Positions 28,611 to 32,000 of a stretch of 32,000 bases of DNA are shown piece by piece. Below the pieces are notes generated by a model that did not search any database, had not been told where the DNA came from, and saw nothing but the letters and a program-made list of their open reading frames with translations. A program made the position numbers and the translations under genes. Source of the DNA: Pseudodesulfovibrio mercurii (GTDB lineage: Bacteria; Desulfobacterota; Desulfovibrionia; Desulfovibrionales; Desulfovibrionaceae); NCBI RefSeq assembly GCF_000189295.2, contig NC_016803.1:1770001-1802000 (forward strand). The letters run 5' to 3'. The first letter of the stretch is position 1. Every line of letters begins with the position of its first letter.

Positions 28611-28639
28611 TTGCCAAGGGGGTATCCCGTGCCTATAGT
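28611..28639 (+). promoter_or_regulatory. sigma70-like promoter for the small secreted protein / amrS unit
   Basis: TTGCCA (28611-28616), 17-nt spacer, TATAGT (28634-28639), 40 nt upstream of ATG 28679. Confidence 0.5.
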
Positions 28640-28678
28640 AGAGATACGTGGCAGTACCGCAATGCCGAGGAGGAAACC

Positions 28679-28969
28679 ATGCGCCATTTCAGCCTCATAG
28701 CCGCCCTGTTCCTGGCGGCCGTCCTTTTGACGCCGACCTCCGGCCTGGCCCAGAACAAGTTCAAGAACGAGGACACGGCCAAGAACCGGCAGGACAACGT
28801 ATTCGGCACCCGGACGACGGAGGGCGAGGGGCCGGTGACCACCTTCGGCACCAACGAGGCGGGCGACACGACCATTGATTCGCATCAGCCCAAGAAGGAG
28901 GAAACGGACTGGTACGACAAGGTGATCATCGCCGTCGACCCCGACGTGAGATGGCCCGTGAGGGAGTGA
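28679..28969 (+). CDS. small secreted hypothetical protein (96 aa)
   Basis: ATG 28679 is preceded by GAGGAGGAAACC. Signal peptide MRHFSLIAALFLAAVLLTPTSGLA. The mature part is polar and low-complexity (QNKFKNEDTAKNRQDN...). No family recognised. Confidence 0.6.
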   Translation: MRHFSLIAALFLAAVLLTPTSGLAQNKFKNEDTAKNRQDNVFGTRTTEGEGPVTTFGTNEAGDTTIDSHQPKKEETDWYDKVIIAVDPDVRWPVRE

Positions 28970-29027
28970 CCGTCTCCATGACAAAGCCCGGCCCTGCCGC
29001 CGCGAAACCATCAGGAGGGTTTTCGTC

Positions 29028-30047
29028 ATGATCGAAGCAAGACTGTGGAAGCCGCTCAAGAACGGTGCGGTGCAATGCCGCCTGTGCAACCATTTCTGCA
29101 TGATCAAGCCGGGCGAACGCGGCCAATGCGGCGTGCGCGAGAACATCGAGGGCACGCTGTACGCCCTGAACTACGGCAAGGTGGCGGCGCTCAACCTCGA
29201 CCCGGTGGAGAAGAAGCCGCTCTACCATTTCCAGCCCGGCTCCATGACCTATTCCTTCGCCACCATGGGCTGCAACCTGTCGTGCACCTTCTGCCAGAAC
29301 TGGTCCCTGTCCCAACCGCCGCGCGACGGCGCGCCCATCCGGGGCCAGAACGCCACGCCCGAGGCCCTGGTTGACGAGGCCGTGCGCCTGGGCGCCGCGT
29401 CCATCTCCTACACCTACTCCGAGCCGACCATCTTCTTCGAGCTGATGCAGGACACGGCCCGACTGGCCCACGGGGCCGGGCTCAAGAACATCATGGTCTC
29501 CAACGGGTTCATGAGCCCCGAGTGCCTGGAGGCGCTGGGGACGGACATCGACGCCATCAACGTGGACCTGAAGTGCTTCACGGAGGAGTTCTACAAGGAC
29601 ATCTCCGGGGCGCGGCTTCAGCCCGTGCTCGACAACCTGAAGCGGATCAAGCACGAGCTCAAGTGGTGGCTCGAGGTGACCACCCTGCTCATTCCGGGCA
29701 AGAACGACTCACCCGAGGAGCTGGACCGGCTGACGGACTTCCTGGCCGGCGAGATCGGCCCGGACACCCCGTGGCACATCTCGCGCTTTCATCCGGACTA
29801 CCGCATGACCGACGCCCCGGTCACGTCCGGGAACTCCCTGGAGACGGCCTACGCCATGGGCAAGGCCAAGGGGCTCCTGTACGTGTACATCGGCAACGTG
29901 CCGGGCTCGGACAAGCAGGACACCCTGTGTCCCGGCTGCGGCCGGACGCTCATCGACCGGACCGGGTTCTCGGCCCGCGTCCACGGCATCCGCGACGGCA
30001 GGTGCGCGGCCTGCGGCCGGGCCATCGACGGCGTGGACCTCGGCTGA
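29028..30047 (+). CDS. amrS: AmmeMemoRadiSam system radical SAM enzyme (pyruvate formate-lyase activase-like)
   Basis: 339 aa. N-terminal CRLCNHFCMIKPGERGQCGVRE cluster motif and the radical-SAM site GCNLSCTFCQNW. A C-terminal CPGCG...CAACG zinc-ribbon-like pair. This matches my memory of the TIGR04337 family. Confidence 0.88.
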   Translation: MIEARLWKPLKNGAVQCRLCNHFCMIKPGERGQCGVRENIEGTLYALNYGKVAALNLDPVEKKPLYHFQPGSMTYSFATMGCNLSCTFCQNWSLSQPPRDGAPIRGQNATPEALVDEAVRLGAASISYTYSEPTIFFELMQDTARLAHGAGLKNIMVSNGFMSPECLEALGTDIDAINVDLKCFTEEFYKDISGARLQPVLDNLKRIKHELKWWLEVTTLLIPGKNDSPEELDRLTDFLAGEIGPDTPWHISRFHPDYRMTDAPVTSGNSLETAYAMGKAKGLLYVYIGNVPGSDKQDTLCPGCGRTLIDRTGFSARVHGIRDGRCAACGRAIDGVDLG

Positions 30048-30133
30048 CCGGCTTGCAAACCGCCCGCTTTTTCAGTAGGTATGCACACCCTTGCGCGACC
30101 GTCGCCCGAAGCGACGGACCGGGCCGGGAGATC

Positions 30134-30348
30134 GAGGATTTCTCCCGGCAAGGCGCAAAAAAGCCCAGGACCGCCGCGTATCTCGATACGCAAGGGTCCG
30201 GATTTTTTGCCGCAACGCAACCTTGTCAGATGGCTGAGGATTTTCCCTGGCAAGGTGCAAGAATGATTCAGGACCGCCGCGTATCTTAATACGCAAGGGT
30301 CTGAATCATTCGCAGCAACGCAGCCAGGGGGAATCCTCAGCCATCTGA
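30134..30348 (+). repeat. two tandem copies (period about 102 nt) of a long-hairpin element ending 3 nt before tRNA-Pro
   Basis: Unit 1 is 30134-30222 and unit 2 is 30236-30325; by-eye alignment shows they are mostly identical. Conserved apex CAGGACCGCCGCGTATC(TC/TT)(G/A)ATACGCAAGGGTC. Unit 2 is enclosed by a perfect 17-nt inverted repeat, TCAGATGGCTGAGGATT (30226-30242) with 30332-30348. Confidence 0.65.
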
Positions 30349-30351
30349 CGA

Positions 30352-30428
30352 CGGGGCGTGGCGCAGACTGGTAGCGCGCCTGCTTTGGGAGCAGGATGCC
30401 GGGGGTTCAAATCCCTTCGCCCCGACCA
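30352..30428 (+). tRNA. tRNA-Pro (anticodon TGG)
   Basis: Hand-folded cloverleaf of 77 nt. Acceptor CGGGGCG/CGCCCCG with C1-G72 and A73 (typical of bacterial tRNA-Pro). D arm GCGC/GCGC. Anticodon arm CCTGC-TTTGGGA-GCAGG (anticodon UGG, G37). T arm GGGGG-TTCAAAT-CCCTT. The CCA end is encoded. Confidence 0.93.
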
Positions 30429-30437
30429 GCCACATTA

Positions 30438-30465
30438 GGCCTCGGACTCCGGTCCGGGGCCTTTT
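30438..30465 (+). terminator. terminator after tRNA-Pro
   Basis: GGCCTCGGAC (30438-30447) pairs with GTCCGGGGCC (30452-30461), including one G-U pair, followed by TTTT. Confidence 0.7.
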
Positions 30466-30476
30466 GGATCCGAAAC

Positions 30477-30506
30477 TTGCCTTTCCACCCGGTTCCGACC
30501 TATCCT
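30477..30506 (+). promoter_or_regulatory. sigma70-like promoter for the hemerythrin gene
   Basis: TTGCCT (30477-30482), 18-nt spacer, TATCCT (30501-30506). This leaves a 5' UTR of about 100 nt. Confidence 0.4.
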
Positions 30507-30614
30507 AAGGCGGTGAATCCCCTTCAATTGCAGGGGAAGGAACGGGAATAACGGAAAACGGACAACGCCCGGGCGACCATTGCCGCCGGACGCGATTCCG
30601 GGCACGGAGGCCGC

Positions 30615-31028
30615 ATGCACCAGATAGAATGGCATGATTCCCACTCGGTGGGCGTCCCGTCCATCGACGAACAGCACAAACGGCTCGTGGCCCTGACCAA
30701 CCGCCTCTTCCTGGCCATCATGGACGAAACCGGGGAAACCGCCCTGGGCGACGTCCTGGACGAACTGGCCGACTACGCCGTGTACCACTTCACCCATGAG
30801 GAGGGACTCCTCCACCTGCACGGCTACCCCGACGAACTCCTGACCGAGCACCGGGCCGAGCACGCGGCCCTGACCGACCAGGTTCACGAGTATATCGAGC
30901 GCTACCGGGAAGACCCCGCCTGCCTGGACCTGTCGGTCTACGTCTTCCTGCGCGACTGGACCACCGAGCACATGAGCCGGTCCGACTCCAAATACTCGGA
31001 ATTTCTCCAGGCGCGCGCCGCCGAATAA
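30615..31028 (+). CDS. bacteriohemerythrin (hemerythrin-like metal-binding protein)
   Basis: 137 aa. MHQIEWHDSHSVGVPSIDEQHKRLV...HFTHEE...EHRAEH...WTTEHMSRSD carries the His/Glu/Asp iron-ligand pattern of single-domain hemerythrins. Confidence 0.9.
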   Translation: MHQIEWHDSHSVGVPSIDEQHKRLVALTNRLFLAIMDETGETALGDVLDELADYAVYHFTHEEGLLHLHGYPDELLTEHRAEHAALTDQVHEYIERYREDPACLDLSVYVFLRDWTTEHMSRSDSKYSEFLQARAAE

Positions 31029-31126
31029 CCCCCGCCGCCCGGCCGGTTCCCCCCTTCTCCGCCCCCTGACCGGGCCTCGTCGCCCGTGTCCATCCGATGA
31101 CGATTACGCACATGTTCAGAAATTGC

Positions 31127-31154
31127 TTGATCTTCGCATAACAGTACCTATTAT
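31127..31154 (+). promoter_or_regulatory. sigma70-like promoter for the peroxiredoxin gene
   Basis: TTGATC (31127-31132), 16-nt spacer, TATTAT (31149-31154), in an AT-rich patch. The ATTGA-atcca-TCAAT inverted repeat just downstream (31153-31167) could be an operator. Confidence 0.4.
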
Positions 31155-31205
31155 TGAATCCATCAATCCTACGAGGTTGACCAATTACTGAACAAGGAGG
31201 CAATC

Positions 31206-31925
31206 ATGCCTGAAATCCAGGATCCCTCGTGCGAACGGCCCGCGCCCAAGGTGGCGGCGCCCCCGGCCGAGGAACAGGCCCCGACCCCAACCAGCAAACC
31301 CAAAGGAGGCGTCATGATCCGCGTCGGCCAGAAGGCCCCCGACTTCACCGCTCCCGCCTATATCGACGGTCAGTTCGGTTCCGTAACCCTGTCCGAGTAC
31401 CTCGGCAAATGGGTGGTTCTGTGCTTCTATCCCGGTGACTTCACCTTCGTCTGAGCGACCGAGGTTTCCGCGGTCGCGGAAAAGAACGACGAATTCGAAA
31501 AGCTCGGCGTCCAGGTCCTGTCCATGTCCACGGACTCCATGTTCGTGCACAAGATGTGGGTGGACCACGAACTTTCCAAGATGGTCTCCTCGGGCAGGGT
31601 GCCCTTCCCCATGCTGTCCGACGGCGGCGGCGCGGTGGGCACGCAGTACGGCATCTACGACGAGGCGGGCGGCGTGGACGTGCGCGGCCGCTTCCTCATC
31701 GACCCGGACGGCGTGATCCAGGCCTTCGAGGTCCTGACCCCGCCCGTGGGCCGCAACGTCAGCGAGACCCTGCGCCAGATCCAGGCCTTCCAGCTGGTGC
31801 GCGAGTCCAAGGGCACCAAGGCCACGCCCTCGGGCTGGAAGCCCGGCAAGCCCGTGCTCAACCCCGGCCCGTCCCTGGTGGGCAAAGTCTGGGAGGCGTG
31901 GAAGGTCTCCATGGCCTTCGACTAA
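31206..31925 (+). CDS. AhpC/Prx1-type peroxiredoxin with in-frame TGA (probable selenocysteine) at the peroxidatic position
   Basis: Track ORFs 31206..31454 and 31524..31925 share one frame and are separated only by TGA 31452-31454. Read-through gives VGQKAPDF...[47 protein letters not shown]...[13 protein letters not shown]... An alternative start, ATG 31314 ([21 protein letters not shown]), gives a more typical length of 203 aa. Confidence 0.8.
31455..31477 (+). promoter_or_regulatory. candidate SECIS hairpin directly 3' of the TGA
   Basis: GCGACCG (31455-31461) pairs with CGGTCGC (31471-31477), 7 bp. The apical part AGGUUUCCG contains GGU. The hairpin starts on the first base after the TGA, which is closer than in E. 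coli fdhF. Confidence 0.55.
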
Positions 31926-31949
31926 ACGACGCCCGATTGACGCAACGCG

Positions 31950-31984
31950 GGCCCTCCGGCTACGGTCGGGGGGCCTGTTCTTTT
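31950..31984 (+). terminator. terminator after the peroxiredoxin gene
   Basis: GGCCCTCCG (31950-31958) pairs with CGGGGGGCC (31967-31975): 9 bp including one G-U, with an 8-nt loop. It is followed by TGTTCTTTT. Confidence 0.55.
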
Positions 31985-32000
31985 GGGGGTCCACCAACAC

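Noticed and set aside
30134-30348. CRISPR array
   Set aside because: There are only two units, each about 90-120 nt and internally palindromic. They are contiguous without unique spacers, and no cas genes are present.
30507-30614. Cluster of GGA motifs (30539, 30545, 30553, 30560, 30588, plus the SD at 30606) in the hemerythrin 5' UTR as CsrA binding sites
   Set aside because: GGA is frequent in GC-rich sequence. I could not place the motifs in hairpin loops convincingly, so there is no evidence beyond counting.
31206-31925. Reading the peroxiredoxin as two separate genes (31206..31454 and 31524..31925) or as a pseudogene
   Set aside because: The single interrupting codon is TGA, exactly at the catalytic Cys column. 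A hairpin follows it immediately, and both halves keep intact family motifs in one frame. Selenocysteine recoding explains this better than decay. It is still unproven without sel genes or resequencing.

Overview
GC-rich (roughly two-thirds G+C by eye), tightly packed chromosomal housekeeping DNA. The gene content (hemerythrin, radical-SAM enzymes, a probable selenoprotein, GGAGG-type ribosome-binding sites (SDs)) fits a Desulfovibrionales-like anaerobe, but that taxonomic call is inference only. I support about 26 protein-coding genes plus one tRNA. In order they are: HAD-like phosphatase (partial), DUF4139 protein, REC-GGDEF diguanylate cyclase, a 54-aa zinc-ribbon ORF, an S24/CI-type autocleavable repressor, rnr, lpxK, a BI-1/YccA protein, YccF, a YibE/F protein and a secreted alkaline phosphatase. 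These are followed by a SAM methyltransferase, a Trp-codon leader ORF, trpS, a CaCA antiporter, a PP-loop ATPase, a periplasmic binding protein, recA, alaS, an MFS transporter, rplM-rpsI and a radical-SAM protein. The window ends with a DUF1003 protein, purM, a small secreted protein, the AmmeMemoRadiSam radical-SAM enzyme, tRNA-Pro(UGG), a hemerythrin and a peroxiredoxin. The very long ORFs in the track (up to 1585 aa) are antisense or off-frame artefacts of high GC. I see no transposase, integrase, CRISPR array, toxin-antitoxin pair or recognisable defence gene, and I do not find a multi-gene novel system. The items most worth a second look are: (1) a peroxiredoxin whose peroxidatic Cys codon is an in-frame TGA followed directly by a hairpin, so probably selenocysteine; (2) a 24-codon leader ORF with tandem Trp codons and a chain of mutually exclusive helices ending in a terminator just upstream of trpS; (3) a hairpin-rich intergenic repeat family, one locus forming a 357-bp element with 18-bp perfect terminal inverted repeats; (4) two tandem long-hairpin repeats that end 3 nt before the 5' end of tRNA-Pro; (5) an AT-rich islet holding the S24 repressor and the zinc-ribbon ORF, whose two promoters share an operator-like motif. 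All folds and motif matches were done by hand and need computational confirmation.
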